From an uncultured Planctomycetota bacterium (GTDB lineage Bacteria; Planctomycetota; PLA2; JAEUHO01), in NCBI GenBank assembly GCA_963752285.1, contig CAVVXN010000005.1, positions 256,001 through 320,000 of the forward strand: a stretch of 64,000 nucleotides of DNA. The letters run 5' to 3'. Shown piece by piece: positions 41,502 to 53,509 of the stretch. Made by a program: the position numbers and the translations under genes. The notes beneath the pieces were generated by a model. That model was given only the letters and a program-made list of their open reading frames with translations. It was not told the origin of the DNA and ran no database searches. The stretch's first letter is position 1. Each line of letters begins with the position of its first letter.

Positions 41502-42920
41502 ATGGCCGAGGACGTACAGGTCGAGTCCCGTCAGAGCATCGATCGCCAGTCGGCGCGCCAGCTCGCGACCACCACGAAGAGCGTGCCCCAGATGGTGGGG
41601 ATCACGCCGCGGCTCCTGCTGCGCCTCCTCCCCTGGGTGCAGGTCGAGTCGGGCACGTACCGCGTGAACCGCCGCCGCGCGGTCCCGCGCGACAGGGGTC
41701 GGCTGCGCGTCGACGTGACGAACGGGAGCGTCCGGCTCTCGGGCTCGGACCTCCAGAACGTCCCGCTGTTCAGGGACACCGACGGGAGGGTCCTCGACCA
41801 GCTCGCGAAGAAGTTCAAGACCGAGGTGTACAAACCCGGCCAGACGGTCGTCCAGGAGGGCGACGCCGCGGACCGGTTCTTCCTGGTCGCGCAGGGCAAG
41901 GTCGAGGCCTCCACGACGGGGCCGCACGGCGAGCGGCTGCGCCTCGGCGTCCTCGGCGACGGCGACTACTGCGGCGAGATGGCGCTCCTCTGCGACAGCC
42001 CGCGCATGGCCACGCTCACGTGTCTCACGCGCGGCGTGCTCCTCGCGCTGCCGAAGGACGAGTTCCAGGCGCTCCTCGGGAAGGCGCCGCGGCTCCAGGA
42101 CGAGCTCCAGGAGGCCGTCGACCGCCGGCTCCGTCTGCTCCGCGAGGTGAACGAGCACGGCGAGCGGCCGGTGCAGGTCGCGGCGAGCCACGACGGCGAG
42201 CCCGACGTGCCCGAGGTGATGCTCGACTACGAGACGGAGCCGCGCGAGTACCCGCTCTTCAGCGCGCAGACGATCGTCCGCGTCCACACGCGCGTCTCCG
42301 ACATCTTCAACCAGCCGATCAACCAGCTCCGCGAGCAGATCCGGCTCGCCATCGAGGGGCTGAAGGAACGGCAGGAGTGGGAGATGGTGAACAACGCGGA
42401 CTTCGGCCTGCTCCACCAGGCCGACCCGCTCATGCGGATCCCGACCCGCAAGGGGCCGCCCACGCCCGACGACCTCGACGAGCTGATCTCGCGCGTGTGG
42501 AAGAAGCCGGCGTACTTCCTGGCCCACCCGCGGGCCATCGCGGCGTTCGGGCGCGAGTGCACGCGGCGCGGCGTCCCGCCGGCGACCGTCAACGTGTTCG
42601 GGAGCCCCTTCCTCACGTGGCGCGGCATCCCGCTCTTTCCCTGCGACAAGGTCGAGGTGAAGAACGACGAGCGCGGCGCGGGCGAGACGAGCATGCTCCT
42701 GATGCGCGTCGGCGAGCAGGAGCAGGGCGTCGTCGGCCTCCACCAGACGGGCATCCCCGGCGAGCAGATGCCGAGCCTCTCCGTCCGCTTCATGGGCATC
42801 AACCAGCGGTCGGTCGCCTCGTACCTGGTCACGAACTACTACTCGGTCGCGGTGCTCACGCCGGACGCGCTGGGCGTGCTCGAAGGCGTCCAGGTGGGGC
42901 ACTACCATGAGTACGCGTAG
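41502..42920 (+). CDS. Family 2B encapsulin shell protein (HK97 fold with inserted cNMP-binding domain)
   Basis: [36 protein letters not shown], cNMP domain (GDYCGEMAL...PRMAT), [55 protein letters not shown]. Confidence 0.93.
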   Translation: MAEDVQVESRQSIDRQSARQLATTTKSVPQMVGITPRLLLRLLPWVQVESGTYRVNRRRAVPRDRGRLRVDVTNGSVRLSGSDLQNVPLFRDTDGRVLDQLAKKFKTEVYKPGQTVVQEGDAADRFFLVAQGKVEASTTGPHGERLRLGVLGDGDYCGEMALLCDSPRMATLTCLTRGVLLALPKDEFQALLGKAPRLQDELQEAVDRRLRLLREVNEHGERPVQVAASHDGEPDVPEVMLDYETEPREYPLFSAQTIVRVHTRVSDIFNQPINQLREQIRLAIEGLKERQEWEMVNNADFGLLHQADPLMRIPTRKGPPTPDDLDELISRVWKKPAYFLAHPRAIAAFGRECTRRGVPPATVNVFGSPFLTWRGIPLFPCDKVEVKNDERGAGETSMLLMRVGEQEQGVVGLHQTGIPGEQMPSLSVRFMGINQRSVASYLVTNYYSVAVLTPDALGVLEGVQVGHYHEYA

Positions 42921-45198
42921 CGGCGCGAACGACCCCTCCGCCTGGGGGACGCTCGAGCCCCTCTTCCTGCCCGCTCCCTCGAGGAACGGCGCGGCGCCGA
43001 CGACCGGGCCCGCGGTGCCGTCCCCGCTCGGGAGCGCCGAGGGCGAGGCGAAGCCCGCGGTCCCGGCCGCGGGCGGCGGGGACCCGCGCGGACTGCCGCC
43101 GCAAGCTCTCGCCGTGGCGATCGGATCGGTTCCCGGCGGCACGGGCGCGCCCGGCTACTACTTCCTCCCGCTCCCCGGCGCGGCGTCGCTCCAGACGCCG
43201 GGCGACCTGTCCGCGGGCGTGCTCCCCTCGGCGCCGAGCGTCGTGCTCTGGCCCGAGACCGCGCCGCCCCCGACGCCGACGCCCACCGCCGAGGCGCCGG
43301 CGCCCGTGTCGCCCGCGACCGGCGCCGCCGATCCGTACGCGGACTCGGCCGTCTACTTCGGTGGACCGCGCGGGGCCCCGCCGGCGTCGGCACACCGGGC
43401 GCCGTCGGCCGAGGCTCCGGGCGGGCCGACCGCGCCCGTCGCGACGCCGTCGTCCCGGGGCACGACGTCCGTCGCGCCGCCCTCCGAGGTCTGGGGCGCG
43501 CCCGCGGCGCCGATCGCCGCGCCCTTCCTCCCGTCGCCCGACGCCGACCTCGACGTCTCCGGGGAGGACCACGACGGAGCGGGGGTCGATCCGCGCGGCG
43601 CCGCGCCGTCGGTCGCCCCGCCCGCACGCTCCGATGCCGGCGCCCTCGACGGACACGACCTCCCACCCGGCGTCCCGCCGCCCGCGAGCGCCGAGGACGC
43701 CGCGGCGCTCCGGCTCGCGCTCGACCTCCAGCGGCGGATCGACGGGCCGAGCGCGGCGCTCCAGGGCGAGCCGATCCGCCATGGCGAGCGCCTCGGCGCG
43801 GTACCGCACCTCCCGACGAGCGACGCGGGGATCCGCCGCCTCGTCTCGTCCGCATTCGGCCTCACGCCGCCGGAGGCGGCGACGGACGCGCCCGACGCGC
43901 CCGCCGTGCCCGGTCACGGGACGGCCCAAGACCTCTACTTCCTGCCCGCCGTGCCGCGCGTCGCCGCGCCGTCGGCGGACGGGTTCGACGTGAACGCCGT
44001 CCGCCGCGACTTCCCCGTGCTCCAGCAGAGGGTGCACGGGAAGCCGCTCGTCTGGTTCGACAACGCGGCCACCACGCAGAAGCCCCAGGCCGTCATCGAC
44101 GCGGTGTCCCGCTACTACGAGCAGGACAACTCGAACATCCACCGCGGGGCGCACGCGCTCGCGGCCCGCTCGACGGAGGCGTACGAGAATGCGCGGTCCA
44201 CGGTGCGCCGGTACCTCGGCGCGTCGCTGCCCGAGGAGATCGTGTTCGTCCGCGGTACGACGGAGGCGATCAACCTCGTCGCGAAGTCGTGGGGGCGGAA
44301 GAACGTCGGCCAGGGCGACGAGATCGTCCTGACGCAGCTCGAGCACCACGCGAACATCGTCCCGTGGCAGATGCTCGCGCAGCGCACGGGCGCGGTGCTC
44401 AAGGTCGTGCCCGTGACGGACCGCGGCGAGGTGATCCTCGAGGCGTACACGCGCCTCTTGGGCCCCCGCACGCGGCTGGTGGGGGTGACGCAGGTCTCGA
44501 ACGCACTCGGCACGGTGGTCCCCGTGAAGGAGATGGCGGTCCTCGCGCACCGGCACGGGGTGCCGATCCTCGTGGACGGCGCGCAGTCGATCCCGCACCT
44601 CCGGGTAAACGTCCAGGACCTCGACGCCGACTTCTTCGTGTTCTCGGGGCACAAGATCTTCGCGCCCATGGGCATCGGCGTGCTCTACGCGAAGAAGGAG
44701 CACCTCGAGACGATGCCGCCCTGGCAGGGCGGCGGCAGCATGATCCGGGACGTCACGTTCGAGCGGACGACCTACTCCGACCCGCCGGCGAAGTTCGAGG
44801 CGGGGACGCCGTCCGTCGCGGACGCGGTCGGCCTCGGCGCGGCGCTCGAGTACCTGGAGCGCCTCGGGATCGAGAACCTGGTCCGCTACGAGGACGAGCT
44901 GCTCCACTACGCGACGGAGTGCGTCGGCTCGATCCCCGGGATCCGCCTGATCGGGACGGCGGCGCACAAGGTGAGCGTGCTCTCGCTCCTGGTCGAGGGC
45001 GCGCGCGTGGAGGACGTCGGCCGGTACCTCGACGGCGAGGGGATCGCGGTCCGCGCGGGCCACCACTGCGCGCAGCCGACGATGCAGCGCTTCGGCATCT
45101 CGGGCACGGTCCGTCCGTCGCTCGCCTTCTACAACACGAAGGCCGAGGTCGACCGTCTGGCGACCGCGCTGCGCCGCTTCCGCCCCGGCCCCTCCTGA
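42907..45198 (+). CDS. SufS-type cysteine desulfurase with ~350-aa Pro/Ala-rich N-terminal extension (encapsulin cargo)
   Basis: [52 protein letters not shown]; overlaps the shell gene end. Confidence 0.94.
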   Translation: MSTRSGANDPSAWGTLEPLFLPAPSRNGAAPTTGPAVPSPLGSAEGEAKPAVPAAGGGDPRGLPPQALAVAIGSVPGGTGAPGYYFLPLPGAASLQTPGDLSAGVLPSAPSVVLWPETAPPPTPTPTAEAPAPVSPATGAADPYADSAVYFGGPRGAPPASAHRAPSAEAPGGPTAPVATPSSRGTTSVAPPSEVWGAPAAPIAAPFLPSPDADLDVSGEDHDGAGVDPRGAAPSVAPPARSDAGALDGHDLPPGVPPPASAEDAAALRLALDLQRRIDGPSAALQGEPIRHGERLGAVPHLPTSDAGIRRLVSSAFGLTPPEAATDAPDAPAVPGHGTAQDLYFLPAVPRVAAPSADGFDVNAVRRDFPVLQQRVHGKPLVWFDNAATTQKPQAVIDAVSRYYEQDNSNIHRGAHALAARSTEAYENARSTVRRYLGASLPEEIVFVRGTTEAINLVAKSWGRKNVGQGDEIVLTQLEHHANIVPWQMLAQRTGAVLKVVPVTDRGEVILEAYTRLLGPRTRLVGVTQVSNALGTVVPVKEMAVLAHRHGVPILVDGAQSIPHLRVNVQDLDADFFVFSGHKIFAPMGIGVLYAKKEHLETMPPWQGGGSMIRDVTFERTTYSDPPAKFEAGTPSVADAVGLGAALEYLERLGIENLVRYEDELLHYATECVGSIPGIRLIGTAAHKVSVLSLLVEGARVEDVGRYLDGEGIAVRAGHHCAQPTMQRFGISGTVRPSLAFYNTKAEVDRLATALRRFRPGPS

Positions 45199-45204
45199 GG
45201 GGCA

Positions 45205-46927
45205 CGTCGGGTCGCGGCCGCGCCAGGCGCGGTGAGGGGCGGCGGCCGAGCCGGGTCGGAAAGCCCCGGCCGTGACCGCCTCGTCGCTCGCCGCGGTCTC
45301 TCTCCGTGGGCGTCACGCGAGAGAGCGTCGGCCGGCCGGGGGCACGGGCGGCCCCGCCGCCGACGAGGGTCTACCGGCCGCGTCACCCGGAGCGCACCGC
45401 CCTCTACCAGGTGCTCGAGGCACGCTTCGAGGACTACCGGCGGGCGTACCCCGACCGCTTCGAGCCCGAGGCGGGCCCTTGGCGGAAGGAGATCGAGGAG
45501 GCGGTCTACGCGTACCTGGACTGCGGCCGCCTTCACGGGGGCTTTGCCCGCATTAGGTGCCCGAGGTGCGGCGCGGAGCACCTGCTCGCCTTCTCGTGCC
45601 GGACGAGGAACCTGTGTCCGTCGTGCCCGTCGAAGCGCTCGTGGGTCTTCGCGGAGTGGCTGGGGCGAGAGGTGCTGCTGGAGGTCGCGCACCGGCACGT
45701 GGTGTTCACGGTGCCCAAGCGGCTCCGGGGCCTGGTCGCGCGAGACCGGGCGCTCCACGGGGTGATGGCGCGGGCCGCCTGGGAGGTGCTCCGCGAGAGC
45801 CTCTCCGAAGCCGCCTCCGAACGAGAGGGCGCTCCGGGGGCGGTGATCTCGCTCCAGACGTTCGGGTCGTTCGGCGCGAACTTCCATCCCCACCTGCACG
45901 CGATCGTGACGGAGGGGGTGTTCACGAAGGACGGCCGGTTCCATCCCGTGATCTGGCCGACGCCGGCGCGCCTGGAGATGCGGTTTCGCCTACGTTTCCT
46001 GGGGGCGCTGGTGGAGGGGGGGCGGCTGCGGGCCGAGACGCGGTCGCGGTTCCTCGCCTGGTCGAGGTCGGGGTTCTCGGTGGACGCGACGCACCGGGTG
46101 GCGGCCGGCGAACGGGAGCGGGCCGAGCGGCTGGCGCGCTACGCGACGCGGGTGGTGCTGGCGACGGGGAAGGTGAGGCGGCTCGAGGGGGGCCGGGTGC
46201 GGGTCGAGACCCCCCCCGACCCGTGGACGGGTCGGACGTGGCTCGAGCTGGACGAGCTCGAGCTCGTCCACGCAGTGTGCCAGCAGGTGCCGTCCCGGGG
46301 GCGGCACCTCGTCCACTACTACGGGGTGTACGCGAACCGGCTTCGCCGGGCGTTCCGGGCGGCGCGAGCGGCGCGGGCGGGGGAGGAGGCGCCGACGGGT
46401 GGGGGGGCAAAGGGCCGGACGCCGGTCAAGCGGGGTCCGGAGGAGCGGGCCCCGGAGGCGTCGTCCGGGCCGACGTCGAGAGCCGCGTCCCTCAAGCGAC
46501 AGGCGTGGGCGCGGCTCCTGAGGAAGGTGTTCGAGGTGGACCCGCTGCTCTGTCCGCGTTGCCAGGAGACGATGGAGAAAGTGGCGTTGATCCTCGACCC
46601 GAAGACGGTGGAGCGAATCCTCAGCCATCGGCGCGAGCGAGGGCTCGAGTCGGCGTTCGAGGGGCCGCCCGCGAGGGCGCCGCCGGCGGCGCAGGGCGAA
46701 CGAAGAGACTTCGGGAGGAGGAGGGGGGCCGTCGTGTAGAGGCGGGCGGGAGCGGTACGTCCCCGTTGGCCGCCCCGGGCCTTGCGAGAGGGACCCAGAG
46801 TGCCGCGAATCCGGGCATGGGCCCGTACGGCGCAGATCCCGAGCGCGAGGAGGTGCGAAGCGGTCGACACAACCCTTGCGCGACCACGCGACGCCGCCCA
46901 CGACGAGGATTCAATGTCCTATGCGTC
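45205..46927 (+). mobile_element. Full-length IS91/ISCR-type rolling-circle element
   Basis: Transposase plus a right end shared with three other copies; left end inferred from CGTC at 45205 and palindrome 45218-45232. Confidence 0.85.
45306..46739 (+). CDS. IS91-family HUH transposase (ISCR-like, single Tyr)
   Basis: Zn domain CPRCG...CRTRNLCPSC, HRHVVFTVP, HUH motif FHPHLH, RLARYATR, HLVHYYGV, WARLLRKVFEVDPLLCPRC, ARAPP. Confidence 0.93.
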   Translation: MGVTRESVGRPGARAAPPPTRVYRPRHPERTALYQVLEARFEDYRRAYPDRFEPEAGPWRKEIEEAVYAYLDCGRLHGGFARIRCPRCGAEHLLAFSCRTRNLCPSCPSKRSWVFAEWLGREVLLEVAHRHVVFTVPKRLRGLVARDRALHGVMARAAWEVLRESLSEAASEREGAPGAVISLQTFGSFGANFHPHLHAIVTEGVFTKDGRFHPVIWPTPARLEMRFRLRFLGALVEGGRLRAETRSRFLAWSRSGFSVDATHRVAAGERERAERLARYATRVVLATGKVRRLEGGRVRVETPPDPWTGRTWLELDELELVHAVCQQVPSRGRHLVHYYGVYANRLRRAFRAARAARAGEEAPTGGGAKGRTPVKRGPEERAPEASSGPTSRAASLKRQAWARLLRKVFEVDPLLCPRCQETMEKVALILDPKTVERILSHRRERGLESAFEGPPARAPPAAQGERRDFGRRRGAVV

Positions 46928-47348
46928 TGGGCGCGTGGAAGCCACCCCCGCCGCGCCATCCCCCCGCGAGAGGTCCGCCTCCCCGGCCCAAGCCGGTCCG
47001 CGCCGCTGAGATTCGAACGCCATGGACCCCCCCCTCCGGGATCGGTCGCTTCGCGGGACCGCCCCCGGCCGCCTCATTTCGGGTGGATCGGCGCGTGGAC
47101 CGGGCGCCCGGTCGCCCCCATTTCGCGGGGGGAGAAAGGGGTCCGCTCGGACGGATAACGAGACGCAATGCACCTCATCAGCGGATTTGATACGGGATTC
47201 GGACCCCCAGCGGGAAATCCCCCCATGGAAGTACGGGTCGGCTCCCCACCGGGTGGTGCGGGAACGGGGCTCGGTACTGGAGTTGGGCCTGGGTCGTGGC
47301 CTCGCGCGGCCATGACCCGGGTCGCCATGAGAAGGAGAGGAGTACACC

Positions 47349-50300
47349 GTGGCCAAGGTCGTCCGTGTGGCGGGTCGGGCTCTCTGGATCGTTCTGCCGC
47401 TGCTGGCCGTGGGGATCTTCCTGGCGTTCCCCCCGGGCACCGCCCGGGCGAGTTACACGAATCCGTACTGGTCGAGCTCCTCTCCCTCCCCCGAGTGCGG
47501 GTGCAGCGGGTGCGGCTGCGCCCGGCCGCCCGAGTGGTCGCCCGAGGGCGTGTCGTACCGAACGGGAGAGGCACGAATCGGCTTCTTCCTCTTCGACACG
47601 CCCGGGATGGTGGGCCGGCACGACTTCGCGCTCACCTGGCGATCCATGACCAGCGGGGCCACACAGTTCGGAAACGGGATGCTGTTCAACCTCGAGCGCA
47701 CACTCGAGATCACACTCGGGGAGACCATCGTCTATGACCGCTGGCCGAGCGGACGGATCGTCACGTGGTACCTGGACGCCGGCACCTACGTGACGTCGGA
47801 CTGCAGCGTTCACGACACCCTCGAGAAGAACGGCAGCGGGTACTTCGAGATCCACGGCAAGTACAAGGACGTGTGGACGTTCGACGCGAACGGGATGCCG
47901 AGCACCTACGCGGATCGAAACGGGAACGCGCTCACCTTCACCTACAGCACGTATCAACTGACCGGCATCACGGACGACCGGGGGAAGTCCTACACCTTCC
48001 ATCACGACGGCAGCGGGTTCGTCGACTACATCACCGACCCCACGAGCCGGACCTGGAACTTCTCGTACTCGTCTGGGAACCTCGTGGGCATCACCACGCC
48101 GCACACGCCCGACCAGACGAGTGGGATCACGACGACGATCTCCTACGACGGCTCGGACCGCATCGACGCGATCGAAGACGGGAACGAGAACACCGTCTAC
48201 GAGTACGCCTACGTCACGGGGACCGAGAAGATCGACCACGTCACGATCGACGGGGACGACCCGAGCTACGCCTACTACACCGGACGTACCGACGTGACCG
48301 ACCGGCTCGGGAACCTCTGGCGCTACTACTACTCGGGCGCCAACATCACGAAGACCTGCATGTACGTGGACTCGGAAGAGCAGTACGTCACGAACTACAC
48401 CTACAACGGCGACGACCTGATCACCGTCGTCTACCCCCGCGGGAACCGCCTGGACCTCACCTACGACGGGGACTCGAACATCACCGAGCGCCGCCGGAAG
48501 ACGACCGACACCGCGAGCACGAGCGGTACGGACATCGTGGAGAGCTACGCGTACAGCCACAACTTCCTGACCTCGTACACGGACGCCCTCGGAAACGAGA
48601 CCACGTACACGCGAGACACCCCGGGGAACCTGACGCGGATCGACTTCCCGGACGTCACGGACCCGTCCTCCCAGTCCGCCTACAAGACTTGGACGTACAA
48701 CGGCTACGGGCAGGTCACCGCGGCGACCGACGAGGAGGGGACGGAGGTCGACTACTCCTACTTCTCCTCAGGTGACTACGTCGGACTGCTCCACACCGTG
48801 GAGGTGGACCCGAGCGGATTGGACCTGACCACCACCTACGCCTATGACTCGTATCGAAACGTCTCCTCGGTCACCGACCCCAACGGGAACGCCACGACGA
48901 CCACCTGGGACGCGCTACGTCGAAGGACCGAGGTCGACGCGCCCTACCCGCTCTCCTACCAGACGAAGTACAAGTACGACGGGATGGGGAACCTCGTCCA
49001 GGCGGACGTCCAGAACGTCGACAAGGACGGGAACGTCAGCGGGTCGAACCCCTGGTTCACGACGACCTACACGTACACGGCCACGAACCACGTCGCGACG
49101 ATCACCGAGGAGATCGACGCGAGTACGACCCGCACGACCACCGTCGAGTACGACGCGAACGAGAACCGGATCCGCGTGACCAAGCCCGAGGGGAACAAGG
49201 AGAAGTGGGTCTACGACGAGCGAGACCTCGTCTACCAGCACATCCGAGGCGAGACCGACGAAGAGGCCTCGACGGAGACGTTCGCATACGACGACAACGG
49301 GAACCTCGTCACGAGGACCGACGGCCGCTCGCACAGCACGACCTACACGTACGACCTCTTCGACCGGCGGACCCGGACCACGAACGCCCTCTCGCACTAC
49401 GAGACGACCGACTACGACAAGGCCGGGCACGTCACGAAGATCGAGCGGCGGGACTCGGGGGACACCCTGCTCGAGCGCCGCGAGTTCGCCTACGACGAGC
49501 GGGGGCGGCTCTTCGAGGTGACCGACCTCTACAAGGACCCCGGGACGACCTACGACGACGCCGTGACCACGATCGAGCGGCGGAAGACCGGCCAGGTCCT
49601 GGTCGTGACGAACGCGAGGGGGAAGGACACGACCTACGACTTCGACGACGCCGGGCGGATGGTGTCGGTGACGGACGCCATGGGGAACGAGACCGCCTGG
49701 ACCCTGGACGACGCTGGGAACCGGACGGACTGGTCGGTCACGGAGATCGACGGCGAGTCGAGCGTGACGCACCAGTACGAGGCGACGTACGATGTGCTGA
49801 ACCGCATGGCCACCCGGACCGAGATCGACCGCCTGGACGGGGAGCACGAGCTCGACGACGACCTACGGGCGCGACAGCCGGTCGAACCTCGTGTGGATGG
49901 TGAACGCCGAGGGGAACCCGACGCGCTTCACCTTCGACGGCCTGGGCCGGATGACCAAGAAGGAGGTCGCGCTCTCCTACGGCGACCCGATCGAGACGTT
50001 CACGAGCGCGATCGTCACGCAGTGGGGGTTCGACGACAATGACCGGCTCGTGTCCTTCAAGGACGACGCGAGCCACGAGACGACCTGGACGTACGACGCG
50101 CTCGACCGCGCCGCGACGATGACCTACCCGGACTCGACCTACATCACGTACACGCACGACGCGACAGACGACGTGGTCGAGACGGTCGACGCGGCCGGGA
50201 ACGACATCGAGGACACGTTCGACAACCTGAACCGGATGACGGCTCGGAACATCACGCGGGCGGGCTCGTTCATCGGGACGACCTCGGAGTCCTACTCCTA

Positions 50301-52331
50301 CGACGCGTTGAATCGCCTGACGGAGGCCGAGAACAACGACTACACGGTGGACTTCACGTACGGGGTCCGGGGGCTCGACTCGACCGTCTACACGGAGGCC
50401 CAGGAGTACGCATCGGGGACGGCGTACACGAAGACCGTGACGAGCACGTACGACGCGGTCGGGAATCTGAAGTCGCTCGACCTACCCCTCCGGCCTCGCG
50501 CTTGCCGAGAGCTACAACGACGTCGGCGCCCTCTCCTCGATCTCGGACGGGACGAACACGATCGCCTCGTTCACCTACATCGGGACGCGGCCGAAGGTGA
50601 CGACGTTCCAGAACGGCACGACCCAGACGAACACGCTACGGCGGGTTCCGGGAGGAGGTCACGAGCATCGACCACGAGACGTCGAGCCCCTCGACGATCG
50701 TCAGGCTCGACTACGCCTACAACGACGTCCACGACCGGATCTACGAGCGGTACGGCAGCTCGGGCTCGTCCGGGGACGCCTTCGAGTACGACAAGGCGCG
50801 GCGTCTCACGGTCGCCTGGATGGGCTCGGCCTCGCCGGACAGCCCGAGCGGGGCGGCCTACACCAAGAAGATCGAGTACAACTACGACGACGACGGGAAC
50901 AGGACTTCCGTCGTGGTGACCCCGTACGGGCAGTCTCCGGCGACGACCAGCTACAGCACCAACACGCTGAACCAGTACACCGCCGTGGGTGGGGTCAGCC
51001 ACAGCTGGGACGGCAACGGAAACCTCTCGGACGACGGGACCTTGACGTACGAGTACAACTACCGTAATGAGATCTGCCGGGTCAAGAACGGCGGCACGAC
51101 GGTGGCGACCTACAAGTACGACGCGCTGGGCCGACGGGTGGAGAAGGCCGTGACGGGCGGCGTCACCGAGCGCTACGTCTACGCGGGCGTCGAGACGATC
51201 GCGACCTACGACGGCTCGAACACCTGGAAGCAGGACTTCGTGTTCGGCCAGGGGATCGACAACGTCCTGATGCTCGAGCAGGCGGACGTGCTCGACTTCG
51301 ACGCGGACCAGAACACGAGCGAGACGACGCGGTCCTTCTACCACAAGAACGCGCTCGGCTCCGTGATGGCGATCACGGACATGAGCGAGGCGACGGCGGT
51401 GTCGTACCGCTACGATCCGTACGGGACCGTCACGATCACGCGGGGCGGGCAGACGCAGTCGACCGATCCACTCGGGCAGCACTGGGGCTATGCGGGTCGT
51501 TACTACGATGAAGAAACCGGCGGGGTCTATTCCCGGGCGCGAGAATATGGACCTAACCTAGGGCGCTTTGGGCAACGAGACCCGCTGAGGGCAGCAAGCC
51601 TCAAGAATTCGTATTGCTACGGAAGCAATTCGCCAGTATCTCGGTGCGACCCAACCGGGCTGGTCGACGGCCCTGACCACAGGCCAATGCCAGGAACGGA
51701 CCCCGGCAACCCGCCCAGCATACCTCCGTCCGATCCAACGATACCCAACGATCCCGCGGGTTTGCCCGATACCCATTTCCGCGCGCGAAACGATCCAAGA
51801 GTCAAGGTCGGAGGGGCCAAGATCACGGACTTGCTGGGTAACGAGGGCTTCTGTCTCGCGGCGCTTGGGCCGGCCGGTCGTCGCCTAGCATGGGTGCAAT
51901 ACTACAAGTGGGACCTTCTATGGGAGATCATTGGGGAGAACGCGACATCTGTTCCGACGGGCATGCCGGGGCCGCAGAATGATCCTCCGGGGAATTCGGG
52001 CCTCTACCCCAAGCAGAATGGAGCCGGCACACACGCAGTTGGTTTGGGTGACGCGCCGGGCTGGAACATCGGAGGCGAGCCGGCGGCTTGGGCTGCAATG
52101 GTGGCGCATCCGGACATCTTCCTCGAAACAGTGTTCCGGGAGGCAGGCATTTCCCCGGCTCCACCAAGCGGTGTGATTTATGCCGTTTCGACTCTGGACC
52201 TGCGATCCTTTCTGATCGACCTTCAGACCGGACGCGTCCTCGAGAGGGTGCGCACAGTAAAGACGTACATATACAATCTCTTCGGGGATCCTCAATTGAC
52301 CCAGCACGTCCAGGGTCCGGCGCAGTTCTAG
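47349..52331 (+). CDS. Secreted RHS/YD-repeat protein with variable C-terminal extension; three apparent frameshifts (~49857, ~50482, ~50637)
   Basis: Signal peptide; dozens of YD repeats continuing across frames; core end YRYDPYG...GRYYDEETG...RAREY...GRFGQRDP...DPTGL (ends 51662), then ~222 aa of distinct composition. Confidence 0.9.
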
Positions 52332-52348
52332 TGCGTGAGGTGGCGGGC

Positions 52349-53497
52349 ATGAGCTGGCGAGCATCCGCTCTCCTTGTGCTACTGCTTTCGGTCGACAGTA
52401 CTCTACCCCAGTCGACTGCACGCGGAGCAGGCAACAACCGCCTGTCCGATATCGTCGAGATGGTTGACGACCACTTCTTCTTGATGAAGCCAGATAAGAC
52501 AAGATGGGCCCTGGTCTACTCGGAGCAACGATCGTGCAGAGATGGCTTCCTGGGGGGCCTGGGGATCAGGACACACGAAGCGCAGGGTCGGGATGAGGTC
52601 AGGACCTTCGATTGGCGAGAGTTGCGATTTGAGAAGTCCGATGGGTGGGTTGAGGTCGGAGTAGAGGGGATCTTGAGGCGCAGGGTGGTCGAATTGCGGG
52701 GGCAGACAGATGGCGGCAGTGTCGGCAAGATACTGCGGATCCAGCGCGCCAGGATGCCGGACAGGGCATCCCCCGAGCTGGAGGTGGTCCTGCTGCGTGG
52801 TTGCATCGCATGGTTCACTAGACACGCACACGACCAGCGCCGACGGCGCGCGGCCGTGCTTGGCGAAATCGCTGACAGTCTCGATGTCATCGCGGCAGCA
52901 TGCCCCGCGGAGAGGTCGACCCTCCTTGCGGGCCAGCTGGGTGATCTCTGGGCGACAAGCGCGGTGCTTGACTACGCGAGTGAATTGTCCGTGCGTGGAG
53001 GGGTTGGGCAGCGACTGCATTGGTACGTCACAAGTGGCCTTGTGGGTAGTTATGGTCCAGAGGTAAGGAGCCTGGTGGAGAACTGGCCCAGTGAGGTTGA
53101 GTTGGCCGACGCCGGGGGCAGCACGGAGGACCTGGTTAGGTCGCTTTGGAGCCAACATGGATGGTCGGCCGTTACACCAGGGTGGCCGGACGTGTTCCTG
53201 GACGAGCGTCCTGAGAGCCCTGCTATGCGGATCCTGAGGAGGGGGGAAGCAGTACTACCCACTCTGCTTGATTCTCTCAGCAACGCTACTCCGACGCGCA
53301 CCCTAGCACGAGACGCGTACCCTGGTGGGCTGCCAGCGCTCCTGCGAATCGGCGATGTTGTCGGGCAGGTGCTGGAGAAGTTGCTGGATCAACGGCTACC
53401 TCGCCGGAGCCTCGCGGATGAGGGTCTGGAAGCCTGGGCGCGTCGCGTGCGGCGCGCCATTGGATCTCGTGGTGCGCGGCCGAAGCCAGGCGGCTGA
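52349..53497 (+). CDS. Hypothetical exported protein, candidate RHS immunity/partner
   Basis: Starts 17 bp after the RHS stop; signal-like MSWRASALLVLLLSV; same lower-GC style as the RHS tip. Confidence 0.65.
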   Translation: MSWRASALLVLLLSVDSTLPQSTARGAGNNRLSDIVEMVDDHFFLMKPDKTRWALVYSEQRSCRDGFLGGLGIRTHEAQGRDEVRTFDWRELRFEKSDGWVEVGVEGILRRRVVELRGQTDGGSVGKILRIQRARMPDRASPELEVVLLRGCIAWFTRHAHDQRRRRAAVLGEIADSLDVIAAACPAERSTLLAGQLGDLWATSAVLDYASELSVRGGVGQRLHWYVTSGLVGSYGPEVRSLVENWPSEVELADAGGSTEDLVRSLWSQHGWSAVTPGWPDVFLDERPESPAMRILRRGEAVLPTLLDSLSNATPTRTLARDAYPGGLPALLRIGDVVGQVLEKLLDQRLPRRSLADEGLEAWARRVRRAIGSRGARPKPGG

Positions 53498-53509
53498 GCA
53501 AGTGTAACG

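Noticed and set aside
41502..42920. Prophage capsid or Crp-family regulator
   Set aside because: Motifs and the desulfurase neighbour identify a Family 2B encapsulin; there is no phage structural module and no Crp HTH.
234..45066. Many long Arg/Pro/Gly-rich ORFs in the track (e.g. 4610..8341, 11575..15108, 11595..15281, 14312..17590)
   Set aside because: Shadow or antisense frames of real genes caused by very high GC; no motifs.
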